A stretch of DNA of 64,000 nt from Octopus sinensis (taxonomy: Eukaryota). The stretch is taken from contig NC_042999.1 of the NCBI RefSeq assembly GCF_006345805.1, positions 74,586,001 through 74,650,000 on the forward strand, given 5' to 3'. The position numbers were made by a program, and so were the translations under genes. A model generated the notes under the pieces. That model worked only from the letters and a program-made list of their open reading frames with translations. It ran no database searches and was not told the DNA's origin. This document shows, one piece after another, positions 39,136 to 52,676 of the stretch; the first letter of the stretch is position 1, and each line of letters opens with the position of its first letter.

Positions 39136-39546
39136 ACACACACACACACACATATACCAGCAAAAAAATTTAAACAGTTGATTAACTTGAAAGAATATAA
39201 AATAATCAACAGAGGCAGGTGTTTAAATATCAGTCCTGATTCTGCACTAGGTCATAATAAAGTCTGCGCTTGTCCAGAAGTGCTTTGTGACTACCCATCT
39301 GTCAACAGAAGAATAAAAGGTAGAGGTCAAAGAGAATGTCAAGAATAATTGCGTTTGTACACATCAGGAGAAAAAAGGCATCAAGTAATGTTGCGGGTAT
39401 GGAGATGATGGTGAATGACAGAGGTCTGGTGGGTTAGAGAGCTGTGTTTGTGATTGTGAAGGTAGTGGGTCCGATTCTTGGACTGGACATTGGGCAGGAA
39501 AACCTATGGCCTCTCCCTGGATCTCAAAGGCATAAACTGCAAGAAG

Positions 39547-39664
<118 letters not shown>

Positions 39665-39799
39665 GATGTGTGTATTTTTCCCTTGTTTACAATTAACATG
39701 GAAAAAATAAACAGTTACTAGGGCAGCAAAAAATCACAAGTAATAAGGATGTAACACCCTGTTTGTAAAGGGAGAAACTGGGTTGATGTGAAATATTTT

Positions 39800-41515
39800 G
39801 TATAATATATATATATAAATAAATGAATGAAGGTAAACGCATGTGTTATTCAAATTCTTTTACTTCCGACATATGTTTCGAAGACAACATTGGTATTATT
39901 CCAAAAGGAATAAAAAGGTGTAAAACAATGTAATCTTCTCATCGGGAAAAGAAAGAAAGAAACCAAACTCGTCAATAAAACATTTTAACAGAATGTGATG
40001 GATGTGTATAATGATGAACAAAACGCTATTAAGTTTTTAAAAAAAAAAAACCGTTAGAAGATATAACGTCAAAAGTAGCCTATAGAAAGAGAAGGGGTAA
40101 AGGAGAGAATTTAGCAGAAAACTAATAAAGAAAAAATATAGAGCGATATGTGAATTAAAATAAAAGCTTAAATGCTTGGAAATAAATATATCTAGTGGGA
40201 GTGAAATGTAAGAAGAAAATCAAAGTTCAAATTATATAGAATGGTAGATATCACTTATATGAACTAAAGGTATGTTTCTGCCTGTGTTTACATCGATAAA
40301 CACGCTCTATAAACGTGTTTACAGGAGGATTCTAAGAAAATAGAATATGAAATAGTTCACAATCACAGAGTTGGCAGAATTCTTTGCCTTTATCGTATAG
40401 GAATGAAATGGAGAGAATCAACCAATCTAAATTAAATTGTTTATTATGATCTTTTAGATACCAAAATTAATTTACTAAGCCCTGTACTGTTGCGTTTATT
40501 ACTATCCCTAAATGTAGGAGTAATGATTAGAAATTCTTTTAGATAACAGAACTATCTATATAAAAAAGTCATTGGTACCGGAAATAATTTTACACTGGTA
40601 TATAGAGTTTTTAGTCTTAGAATTACTAGACATAAACTTAATTCTGTTGGAATTTACTTCAGAGATAATAACCTTGTTAATATTTCTAGGGGAATGGTTA
40701 GTATTAGCTAAATTAATGTTAGTATTAGTAATTGGATTCTTATTTAATAGACTAATATTATATGAAGAGATAATTTGTGAAAGGTTTTTTTGTGTTGGAA
40801 AAACCAATCCTAACCGTATGCGAGTTGATAATCGAGTAATACCTAGAATTCTTTGGAAAATTCTTGATAGCTTCCCGAAACTGGAAAGGAAGATTAGATT
40901 TAATTTTTTTCCCATAAGGAATAATCAACCAAATAGTTTTGCTAGTAGTTGTCTTATTGTTAGCGTAACTATCTTTAAAAGACTTCGATTTACCTTTAGA
41001 ATGAGAAAAGGGGCTTAAATAATAGTTATCTCCCTTACGCTATAAAAAACCTTACTCTGCTTGGTGTTGGCGTCTAAATTAAAATTAAAATCGTTCATAT
41101 CGTTACAATTAGATTTCATGTCTCTATTACTAAAGGTAGAATAAGATTGAATAGAATTAATGTAGGTAACTTTCTCTGTATGGCCCACTTTAAGTAAGGT
41201 AGATTTATAAAATTCAGCCTTGTTGTTGAAAATGTCAACATTAGCAAATAACTTAATCTGAATAAAATATTTTAAACTAAATTCTTAGTGATTGCCCTAG
41301 AATGATTACTAAATTGGCTTATATACTTAAGATTGGTTGATGGTTTGTGGTATGGGAAGTACAAATTATTGTGTAAGTTAAGTGTAATGTCTAAAAAGTT
41401 GGCTTTCGTTACATCATCATCAAAAACCGATGCCTAAGCCCATTCTTCGGAAAAACTTAACTAAACTATTTTTAACCTTTTGTACCTTTTGGTTAGTTAC
41501 GTTTTTCCGTAGAAT
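39800..41515 (-). mobile_element. Decayed Penelope-like element (RT thumb, GIY-YIG, 3' hammerhead)
   Basis: Minus strand KANFLDITLNLHNNLYFPYHKPSTNLKYISQFSNH (41300-41410) and SIYQCKII...KRISNH...KRNSTGLSKL (40460-40610). Confidence 0.78.
39863..39950 (-). ncRNA. Hammerhead motif with long stem II at the PLE 3' end (U4 to C change)
   Basis: ttttc CCGATGA GAAGA..ACATTG...TATTCC-TTTT-GGAATA...CAATGT..TCTTC GAAA CAT-ATG T C ggaag. Confidence 0.7.
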
Positions 41516-41519
41516 AGGC

Positions 41520-42370
41520 TTAGGCGTTGATATTGTGCATCGAGAATTTGTCCCCTAGAGCCAGACTGTCAATTGAGAGTTTTATTGTGATGCTTTGAAG
41601 TGTTTGAGGGAGGACGTTTGACGAAAGCGACCAGATCTGTGGAGCACAAAATATTGACTTCTTCGTGACAATGTACCCTGTCATTGAGCGCTTCTTACTC
41701 GTGAGTTTCTTGTGATTTTGTCATGGACAGGAACAAATATCCAACATGAAAATTTGCATTAAATTTGGGAAGTCTGCAACAGAGACATGGAGAATGCTTC
41801 AACAAGCTTATGGCAATGTGTCATGCACACTGTTTCGTGTGGCACAGGCTCCTCAAAAGCAGAAGACCCTCCCGGGAAGAAGATGAGCAATCTGAAAGAC
41901 CTACCACTAGTGTCACTCCCAGAAATGTGGTATTGTGCATTGAGAATTTGTCCCCCCAGAACCAGACCACCAATCAAGAGTTCTACTGCAATGTTTTGAA
42001 GTATTTGAGGGAGGACATTTGACAAAAGCGACCGGATCTGTGGAGCACAAAGTATTGACTTCTTTATGACAATGCACCCTGTCACCAAGGTCTCACTTGC
42101 GAGTTTCTCTCCAAAAACAACATTGTACCACTTCTGGACCCACCCTGTTCCCCAGATTCAGCACCTGCTGACTTCCATCTCTTTCCCAAGATGAAAATAC
42201 AGCTCAAAGGATCCCAACACTGTTGTTAAGATCCAGAGTGAATTGCAGGTCCTTGGCTTGCTTAAGGAAAGGAACTTCCAGGATGGATTCCAAAAGTGGC
42301 TGGAACACCGAAACCAGTATATTGTTGTGCAAGGTGACTATTTTGAAGTAGATAAGGTTAAAACTTAGGT
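41520..42370 (+). mobile_element. Decayed, internally duplicated mariner fragment (third family)
   Basis: QEFYCNVLKYLREDI and DNAP / PDSAPADFHLFPKMK motifs. 41530-41715 is repeated at 41930-42110. Confidence 0.7.
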
Positions 42371-42534
42371 AAATAAATCCAACTTACGATGAAAGTAAAC
42401 AAAGTTTGTTTTAGAAGCGTTGAGACATTGAAAGATACAGAAATAAATTTTTTTAAATTCTCAAATGTGTGATATTGCTAATAAATAGCGTGATCAGGAT
42501 AAATTATCCATACATTAAAGAAAAATACGTTAAC

Positions 42535-42607
42535 GACCAGCCATGAGATTCGAATTCATATCCCTGTGATTACGCATCAAGCGCTTTACCATTAAGCTAA
42601 ACCGCTC
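42535..42607 (-). pseudogene. tRNA-like sequence (CGT loop, Thr-like) inside a small repeat element
   Basis: D arm GCTT-AATGGTA-AAGC, TGA-TGCGTAA-TCA, T arm ATGAA-TTCGAAT-CTCAT. Stems imperfect, so not a functional tRNA. Confidence 0.6.
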
Positions 42608-43859
42608 AGTAATGAATTCTTCGGCAATTTTAGAACTTATAAATTTAGCTTCATAAGCTAATGTTAAATTCAAATTACGATGAAAGTAAACAAAGTTTTT
42701 GTTTTAGAAGCGTTGAGATGTATTAGGTAAATAATTTTTTTTTATTTGCACAAAAAATGTTCCTGTTGAGTCTATCCCCACAACATAACCTCGCAATGAA
42801 GCCTCGCCTGTCTGGGTCCCCAGGCAATATTATTTTTTGTGCTCCGTCTTCGACCCTCTTTTCATCATCTTGCGAATTTATCTAGCTTTATTTCATGTCC
42901 TGAGAGAACCTCTTGTGCAAATATTAACTCACCTGTGAAACTATGGTCTGCTGCTTGTATTTTGGCGGTTTTTTATCCCAGTTTCTCTTTGTCCCACTCC
43001 CTAATAAATGGGCCAGCCCACAAAATAGATTAGAATAGAGAATAAAATAGAATAGGAGATAGAATGGAGAATAGAATACACAATAGTATAGAATAGAATA
43101 CAGAATACGTACATGCTTTCATTTGAAGGTGGAACATTGCTATTGAGGGAATGGTTGCTACGTTGAGAAGTAGGGATGTGATCCACAGAGAACCAGCTTT
43201 GATGTAGAAACATGTTCCTGTGTTGATAATTATACCTGTCCTAAACAAAATGGCATTACTTTTTGACTCACCATCTTAGAAAATAATAGAATAGAATAGA
43301 GATTACTTTTATAGTCGCGTTTGGTTGCTTGTTTGTGTGAGACTACTTTTATATGTTTCCTATTTGGAAATAGATAATAAATCATCATCATAGTTTAACT
43401 TCCGTTTTCCATGCTAGCATGAGTTGGACGGTTCAACTGGGGTCTGGGAAGCCAGGAGGCTGTACCAGGCTCTAGTCTGACCTAGCAGAGTTTCTACAGC
43501 TGGATGCCCTTCCTAACGCCAACCACTCCGTGAGTGTAGTGGGTGTTTTTTACGTGCCACCAGCACAGGGGCCAGAAAAGGCTGGCAACGGCCACGATCG
43601 GTAGGTGCTTTTTACGTGCCACCGGCACGGGTATCACAACTACAATTTCCATTTGATTTTCATTTTGATGTTGATGTACTTGACTCAATAGGTCTTTTCA
43701 AGCACAACAGGTCGCCCTAAGATCCGAGGAACTTTTGAATGGGCTGAGGTTGGTTATGCGAAACTGGTGTAGGATACAGCTGTGAGCTCACTTCTCACGT
43801 CTCTCTTGCACACCACATCCGATGCTTCTTTTGTTCAACATTTCTCTGAAGTAGGAATA

Positions 43860-44264
43860 TCTCTATATATAAAAATGAGAATGTGTGTCTGTCTGTCTGT
43901 CTCTGTGAATCCCTAAAACTTGAGAACTACTCAACCAATTTCATTCAAATTTTACACATGCCTTACTTAGGGTCCAAGGAGTGTCATGGGCAAATTGTTT
44001 TTAACATCTTGCCTAGGGCGAGCCCATAGCAATATCATATCTTCTCCACTATGAGTCCCTAAACTTGAGAACGACACAATCAATTTCATTCATATTTTAC
44101 ACATGCCTTATGTAGGGTCCATATCGTGTCATGGGCAAAAAAAATGTTTAACTTCTTGCCTAGGGCAAGTCCACAGCAATATCACATCTTCTCCACTATT
44201 TCCACTATTTCAGTATTACGTGTTAAAAGTGAAACAAAAGCATCTCTCTATTGTATGTATATGG

Positions 44265-44265
<1 letters not shown>
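43860..44265 (+). mobile_element. 5' part of a non-autonomous Helitron-like element with internal duplication
   Basis: A|TCTCTATATATAAAA start and (CTGT)n. 43910-44052 is repeated at 44055-44200. No CTAG end seen. Confidence 0.55.
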
Positions 44266-44307
<42 letters not shown>

Positions 44308-44432
44308 TAATACTAAGCAATTAAGGGTTTAGCAACGAATTGCCTCGCCACACACCGAACTTAGAAATAGCAGTCAAAGAGATATAGCTATTCCTTCTAC
44401 TAAAAGGGAGATCTCAGTAAAAACACAGCACT

Positions 44433-44614
<182 letters not shown>

Positions 44615-45249
44615 ACACACACACACATATATATACACACACATATATGTATATATATATATATACATGTATATATATAGCTGTATATGCATACATGTAT
44701 AAGTATAGCTGTATATGTATAGATGTATTTCTATAGATATACATATATGTCTAGATGTATATATAGATGTACATGTAATATGTACACATATATATACGCA
44801 TATATACATGCATACATATATACACCCATACACACATAAACACACACGATCCAATACCACACACACACATACATAGGTGCAGGTGTGGCTGTGTAGTAAC
44901 AAACTTGGTTCCAAAACACATGGTCCTCAGTTCAGTCCCACTGTGTGGCCTCAGACCAACCAAAGACTTGTCAGTGGATTTTGTAGACAGAAACTGAAAG
45001 AAATCAATTGTATGTATATGTATATATGTAAGTCTATGTGTGTGTCTTTGTGTTTCTCCCTCATCATTGCTTCACAACTGGTGTTCGTTTATTTACATCC
45101 CCATAACTTACTGGTTTCACAAGAAGAAACTGATAGAATAGGTACCAGGCTTATCAAAATATAAAAAAGCACTATGCAGTGTCTCATATTTTTGTTTGCC
45201 CACTCAGTTGTATCTATCAATTTATCTTTGTGTGTGTGTGTATACATAC

Positions 45250-45289
<40 letters not shown>

Positions 45290-45359
45290 GGATTTCGTGG
45301 ACAGGAACTGAAACAAATCAATCGTATATATATGTATGTATATATGTAAGTGTATGTGT

Positions 45360-46984
45360 TTTAGTATTGGCAACATGAATGACAATGGCCAGAGACTACT
45401 TGAATTTTGTACATACCATAACATGTGCATCACTAACACATTCTTTGCCAACAAGACATCCCACAAGGCATCTTGGAGACATCCAAGATCTCGCCACTGG
45501 CATCAGCTGGATCTCATCATTACACGAAGATCCTTTCTGAATTCTGAATTCTGTTCAACTGACCCGTAGTTACCACAGCGCGGATTGTGACACAGATCAT
45601 TCACTAATAAGAAGCAGGGTGAGGATTCTGCCTAGCAAAGTCCATCACTCCAAGAAAATGGGCCGACTACGCATTAACACTGCCAGAACCTCGGACCCTA
45701 CACTGCGACAATGTTTTGCTGTTTCTATGAAGGTTGCCCTCAGTAGCTTCCCAACCTCCTCTGTTGAAAGTAAGTGGAATTATAATCAGGGAAGCTTTGT
45801 ATACCACATCAATAGATACTTTCTGCATGAGAGAAAGGCAAAATCCAGATTTTGTTCAGTGCTGGGTTCTCAGAGCTGGAAACAGTTATCGAAGCAAAGC
45901 GTGCAGCTCTGATGGCAATTGGGTTTTATTTCTTGCCTTTCTGAGTTCTTCGAGTGATGTTATTTGCTGATGATGCCGCTCTGGTATCACACACAGAAGA
46001 AGCCCTCCAAAGGCTCATCAACTGTTTTGAGCAAATGTGGCAACTTTGACTTAGTTATCAGCCTCAAGAAGACCAACATCATGGGTCAGGCTACATCGGA
46101 CATCCGAAACATACATATTGGAGATCACAGACTACAGGAGGTGGAGAAGTTTACCTATCTTGGCTCTACCGTCACCTACAACCTATTCCTTGATACTGAG
46201 CTCAATATACGCATTAGCAAGGCAGCTGCTGTGATGGCCCAACTCTCCAAACGGGCATGGGACAACAATAAGTTGACCAAGACCACAAAGAAGAAGATTT
46301 ACCAGGCATGTATACTTAGCACTCTACTGTATGGAAGTGAGACTTGGACGCCATACACACACCATATGACGCCATACGTCGCCTAAATATCTTTCACCTG
46401 CGCTGCCTCCGGAAAATCCTTCGCATTAAATGGCAGAATCATGTCCCCAACAAAGATGTCCTCAAGCAAGCAGGAATACCAAGCATGTTTGCACTCTTCA
46501 CACAAAGACGTATGAGATGGCTTGGACATGTTAGCCGTATGGAAGATGGCAGAATCCCCAAGGACATACTCAACGGAGAGCTTGCTAGGGGCACTAGGTC
46601 TGTGGGAAGACCGTTCTTACGATACAAGGATGTTTGCAAAAGGGACATGAATGCCTGCAACATCAATATTACCAACTGGGAAGCAGTTGCCAGCAACCGT
46701 GGAGATTGGCGACGTATCGTAAAAGAGGAAACACAAAGGAGTGACATAGGTAGAGAGGAGAAATGGAAAGACAAGAAAAGACGTCAACAAAAATCTATGA
46801 CATTACAACCAGCCAGGCAAAGTCTTCGCTACATTTGCGGCACCTGCCAGAGGGAGTGTTTGTCCAGGATAGGACTACACTGCAACAGCAGGAGATGTAT
46901 TAGGACATGAAATGTAAAAGCCCGACTAGATTATTTTATGCGCAACTCCATTGTCTCCCGAGACAAAAAGGATGCCAACAACAA
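45360..46984 (+). mobile_element. RTE/BovB-like LINE, 5'-truncated and internally deleted, (CAA)n tail
   Basis: APE end NDNGQRLLEFC...SWRHPRSRHWHQLD, LFADDAAL, LLYGSETW, C-terminal CGTCQRECLSRIGL. Flanked by a 78-bp duplication. Confidence 0.9.
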
Positions 46985-47277
46985 TATATATGGATTTCGT
47001 AGACAGGAACTGAAACAAATCAATCGTATATATATGTATGTATATATGTAAGTGTATGTGTGTGTCTTTGTCTCTGTGTTTCACCCTCATCACTGCTTTA
47101 CAAGTGCTGTTCATTTATTTACATCCACATAACTTACTGGTTTCACAAAAACAAACTAATAGAATAAGTACTAGGCTTATCAACATAAAAATACACTAGG
47201 CTGTCTCTCATATTTTTGTTTGCCCACTCAGTTGTATCTATCAATTTATCTTTGTATGTGTGTGTGTGTATCTATCC

Positions 47278-47352
<75 letters not shown>

Positions 47353-47353
47353 A

Positions 47354-47453
<100 letters not shown>

Positions 47454-47467
47454 ATATCTATCTATCT

Positions 47468-47519
<52 letters not shown>

Positions 47520-47521
47520 TA

Positions 47522-48077
47522 ATCGGTTTGTTTCGAGACACATAAATTATAATGGTTATTGACAATTTTTGTTTGGCGTTAGAATTTTTCTTTTGCCCTT
47601 ATCTTGTAAATTATTTATAAATTTAACCTTTAGAGGTATTTTTTGATATGCTGGCCATTGATGAAATTTTCTTCCCGAAAAAAATTTTATCCTACATTAA
47701 TTATAAATTGAATAGTGTTCACTTCCGGATTCTCTCATTCTGTGAAAGTTTCTAGTTCGAATCACACGTATCTCGAGATGTGCCGAAGATTTTCTATTTT
47801 GGATATATTTGGGGTACTTAGGTCTGCTCAGGCCTTAGTTCTTGCTTTTTCCATGGGTATGAGTAAGTATTTCACTTATATCTCGCGTATTTGCCGCTGA
47901 AGAGGAGAAAATTCTTATGAATTAACTGCGAAATTGGACCAATACGGTAATAACGAATTTTTTAGACATTTCTATCGGTTTGTTTCGAGACACATAAATT
48001 ATAATGGTTATTGACAATTTTTGTTTCGGCATATTTGGCATTAGAATTTTTCTTTTGCCCTTATCTTGTAAATTATT
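47522..48077 (+). mobile_element. Non-coding retrozyme-like element, ~453-bp partial tandem in (TA)n
   Basis: ATCGGTTTGTTTCGAGACAC...GTAAATTATT at 47522 and 47975. Internal hammerhead. Confidence 0.8.
47891..47950 (+). ncRNA. Type I hammerhead ribozyme with intact core
   Basis: ttgccg CTGAAGA GGAG-aaAATTC-TTAT-GAATTaa-CTGC GAAA TTGG-A-CCAA T A cggtaa. AUA site at 47942-47944, one mismatch in stem II. Confidence 0.8.
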
Positions 48078-48129
48078 CATATATATATATATATATTAGA
48101 AGGTTTGGAGATGATGTACAGGTATTATA

Positions 48130-51100
48130 TATTAGAAGAAATGAGGTACTCAGAAGATCGGATGGTTTATATTTACAGATATTTATTTGTATATTACATT
48201 TTTATATATATATCATATCACTTAGATCATTAGCGCTTTCTCCCGTTCTAGTGGGGTTTTCAAATCAAACTAAGTTCCTGTGTGTGGAGATTTGACCATT
48301 TTATAGAGTTTTGTAGTGGTGGGGAGGAATATAAGACAGTACAAGAGGGTGATGGATGAGGAGAAAGTGAGAGAGAGAACATGTGTGTATGTGTGTGTGC
48401 GTATGTGTTTTTGTATCTGGGATGAGTGCTAAAGAGAAAGAGGGGAAGGGAGAGGGAAGAAGAAGAAAAGAATTTTTTGGTCTGCTGGACAGAATATTGA
48501 CTCCAAGGAAAAAAAGAAAGAATTTCAGTTTTGACCACTTCACAGTGTCACTGAGTGTGTGGTGGCGGGGAGGTAGGCCATAAATTATATTTCGTTTTAT
48601 CATTGTAAGAGAGTGTGTGTGTGTTTAATGGTCAAATGCTTTTTGGGGTTTAAGAATTCTTTCTACTTTTTATGATAGTTTTGTGGAGGTGTGTGTGTGT
48701 GTGTGTGTGTCCGTGTGTATGTGTGTGTGTGTGTGCGCGTGTGTGGGTGTCTGTGAGTTTGGAGAAGGGAAGAGAGAAAAAAAGGGGGGAGGGGAAAAAT
48801 TGTGTTGATATTTATACCACTATATATATATATGGCAAGAAAACAACTACCAAAGACAAAACAACACATACAGACCACACAGACCACCCCTACTACTACA
48901 AGAAAACCTAAGAACTGAAAATGGAATTTGGAGACGCAACAACACAACCCCTTTTTTAAGGAGAGGATACTTCAACCATACTCCAGACCCAATACACCAA
49001 AAATTCCGAATGAACTCACAAAACACATAGATCCCAAAATAATAAACTTATCTAAAAGAGAACTTAACGAAAATGAAATGAACCTACTACTAAAAGGCCT
49101 CAAATTTACACCTACACTCACTCCAAACCTCATAGAACTAAAAACTGATATAGACAACTTCAGCCGCCACCTCCGCCTTATGGAATTCTTTGAAAATAAA
49201 GAAACAGAAGATAGCTCAATCATAAGAAAAAAATCCCATTTCACCCCTTACAAGGGAAGTGACAAACACCTTGACGCATACATAGAGACAATATCCAAAT
49301 TCCCTCTCAACACACACAAATGTAAACAGAATCTCCGCAGAGGAGAAAAACAAGCCTTACAGAAACTGAAAAATGACAAGTCAATCATTATAAAAGAAGC
49401 TGACAAAGGTGGAGCAATAGTTATTATGGATACATATTACTACAAAGAAAAGATACTGGAGTTACTGAACAACCAGACATACTATAAAGAGAAACCAACA
49501 CCACCGGAGAAAGCAACATTAAAAAAAATTAGAACTTTAGTCAATGAATACCAGGACTCCTTTACAGATAAGGAGAAAGACTATCTATGCAACTCAAGAA
49601 CCAAAGAAAGTAATTTTTATGGATTACCTAAAATTCATAAAAGCTCTGAAATACAGACAGCCATAAAGGAACAGAGGAACCACTATATAAGAATACAAAG
49701 GCCTGCAGACCTCACAATGAGACCAATAGTGGCAGGACCCGAGGCACCAACACAACAACTAAGCCACTTCATAGATGTACTCCTCAAGCCTTTATGCCCA
49801 CAGATATCAAGCTACATAAGAGATGACATAGACTTCCTCACACACATTCCAAATGCAGTCCCGAAAAACACCATACTTGCAAGCTTTGATGTCACAAATC
49901 TATACACAAACATACCACACACCCTAGGTCTAGAAGCAATAAAACAATCAATAGAAAATACAGAGAACTTATAGACGAACGCTTCAAGACAAACTTTATC
50001 ACCCAAGCCACCCAGTTAATACTCGAAGAAAATACATTCTCATTCAACAACAAGACATACCGACAGATAAAGGGCACGGCTATGGGTACAAAATTCGCAC
50101 CTTCATATGCCAACCTGGTGATGGGTTTCCTGGAGAACAAACTATACGATGAAATAGGGAAAGTCTTCGAACACGACTTCAGAGAAGACATCAAGAAAAA
50201 GTGGAAACGCTACCTCGATGACTGCTTCATCTTTTGGAACAGATCAGAAGACCTACGAACATTCCACAACATCCTCAATACGCTGCACCCATCTATCAAC
50301 TTCACAATAAATACCAACCACAACGAACTTCCCTTCCTAGACATCAACATCAAAATACACAACTCCATCGTCACAACAGACATCCACTACAAAAAAACTG
50401 ACACACACCAATACTTAAATTTCCACTCCTGCCACCCATCCCACACAAAAAGAAACATCCCATATAGTATTGCAAGACGAATATGTAGCATAGTAACTTA
50501 TTCACAAATACGACTAATAAGACTAGATGAACTTAAAAACTTCCTCCTAGAGCAAAAATATCCCCTTAAACTAATAGAAAATGGAATCACAAGAGCATTG
50601 AAACTAGACATCGCATAACTCAGGACACCCAAATCAAAAAACAAAGAAAACATTATCCCTTTTATAAACACGCACAACCCTGGAGTTACCAACATGTTCC
50701 AAACCATACATTCAAACCTACCAATAGCCTTACAAAGCCCCAAAATGAAAAACATATTAAACAAATATAGCATAAAAAACAGTAGACGACAGGACAAAAA
50801 CCTAAAGAAACACCTAACAAGAGCGAAATTCTCTTCAGAAACTAAAGCGGAATTCTTTGCAAAAGAGTGCAGAGATGGTAGATGTGGGATCTGCAGCAAC
50901 CCTACCTACAAATACATAGAGGGAAACAGAGAGATGAGATTTAAAAGTGGTTACGTATTCAAAGTAAATGCAGATATGAACTGCAAGACGCAGAACGTTA
51001 TATACTGCATAACCTGCCCCACGTGCAAGGAGGATTACATAGGGGAAACTGGTAATTCTTTGTGCCAGCGAGCCAGGATTCACCGACAACATGTTCGGCA

Positions 51101-51330
51101 GGAAGAATTACGCAAGATACCACTAAGTACACACCTAGTTACGTGTGGAGAAGGAAAGTTTAAGATCTTTCCCTTCTACAAATGTCCGAAGAACGACACC
51201 TCTTTCAGGAGGAATATGGAAAAATATTTCATAGCTAAGTTCTCCCCTACGTTAAATGGCTGAAATTTTACACATCATACATTGAAGGACAAATCTTTCG
51301 ATTTACAATATAATATAGTAGAGAATTTAG

Positions 51331-51383
<53 letters not shown>

Positions 51384-51551
51384 CCTGTTATATACATTAT
51401 ATTATTTTTGTAATTCACTTAATCTTTACTTTTTAATTGTCATTTTAATTTTAACTTTCCTATGATATGCAATTTTCAAGATGGTGTAATATGATTGTTC
51501 ATTTTGAATCGATAAAAGGTGTTTTTTTCTAATATTTCATGTATAAGCATG

Positions 51552-51624
<73 letters not shown>

Positions 51625-51632
51625 TTCAATGT

Positions 51633-51674
<42 letters not shown>

Positions 51675-52023
51675 ACATTGAAGGACACATCTTTCGATTT
51701 ACAATTTAATATAGTAGAACATTTAGTAAATGTATGTATATGTATATATGTGTATATATATATATATATTGCCTGTTATATACATTATATTATTTTTGTA
51801 ATTTACTTAATCTTTACCTTTTAATTTTAACTTTCCTATATATGCAATTTTCAAGATGGTGTAATTTAATTGTTCATTTTGAATCGTTAAAAGGTGTTTT
51901 TTCCCCTAATATTTCATGTATAAGCATGTATATATATATATATATATATAGTGGTATAAATATCAACATAATTTTTCCCCTCCCCCTTTTTTTTCTCTCT
52001 TCCCTTCTCCAAACTCACAGACA

Positions 52024-52058
<35 letters not shown>

Positions 52059-52572
52059 GGACACACATACAGACACACACACACACACACTCTCTCACAA
52101 TGATAAAACGAAATATAATTTATGGCCTGCCTCCCCGCCACCACACACTCAGTGACACTGAAGTGGTCAAAACTGAAATTCTTTCTTTTTTTCCTTGGAG
52201 TCAATATTCTGTCCAGCAGACCAAAAAAATTCTTTTCTTCTTCTTCCCTCTCCCTTCCCCTCTTTCTCTTTAGCGCTCATCCCAGATACAAAAACACACA
52301 CACACACGCACACACATATACACACATGTTCTCTCTCTCACTTTCTCCTCATCCATCACCCTCTTGTACTGTCTTATATTCCTCCCCACCACTACAAAAC
52401 TCTATAAAATGGTCAAATCTCCTCACACAGAAACTTAGTTTGATTTGAAAACCCCACTAGAATGAGAGAAAGCGCTAATGGTCTAAGTGATATGATATAT
52501 ATATATAAAAATGTAATATACAAATAAATATCTGTAAATATAAACCATTCGATCTTCTGAGTACCTCATTTC

Positions 52573-52580
<8 letters not shown>
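48130..52580 (+). mobile_element. Penelope-like retroelement (C-terminal GIY-YIG, Neptune-like) with inverted pseudo-LTRs, in (TA)n
   Basis: 48130-48820 is the reverse complement of 51951-52580 and the pair encloses the RT-EN ORF. Confidence 0.9.
48832..51263 (+). pseudogene. PLE reverse transcriptase + GIY-YIG endonuclease ORF with few lesions
   Basis: IIKEADKGGAIVI, FYGLPKIHK, MRPIVAG, SFDVTNLYTNIP, GTAMGTKFAPSYANL, RYLDD, LPFLD, CRDGRCGIC linker, NVIYCITC..C.EDYIGET. Lesions: TGA at 48916, 1-nt deletion at ~49957, in-frame TAA at 50616. Confidence 0.92.
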
Positions 52581-52641
<61 letters not shown>

Positions 52642-52676
52642 CAAAGTGGAGTTGTGGGGTACCGCACGAGTGAAAT

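Noticed and set aside
48916-48918. In-frame TGA as possible selenocysteine in the PLE ORF
   Set aside because: Lies in an unconserved N-terminal basic stretch, fits CGA-to-TGA decay, and no SECIS was recognised.
52146-52182. CTGAAGT-GGTCAAAACT-GAAA in the PLE arm
   Set aside because: Core mismatch, no stem III or stem I, and the other arm has an extra TG that breaks it.
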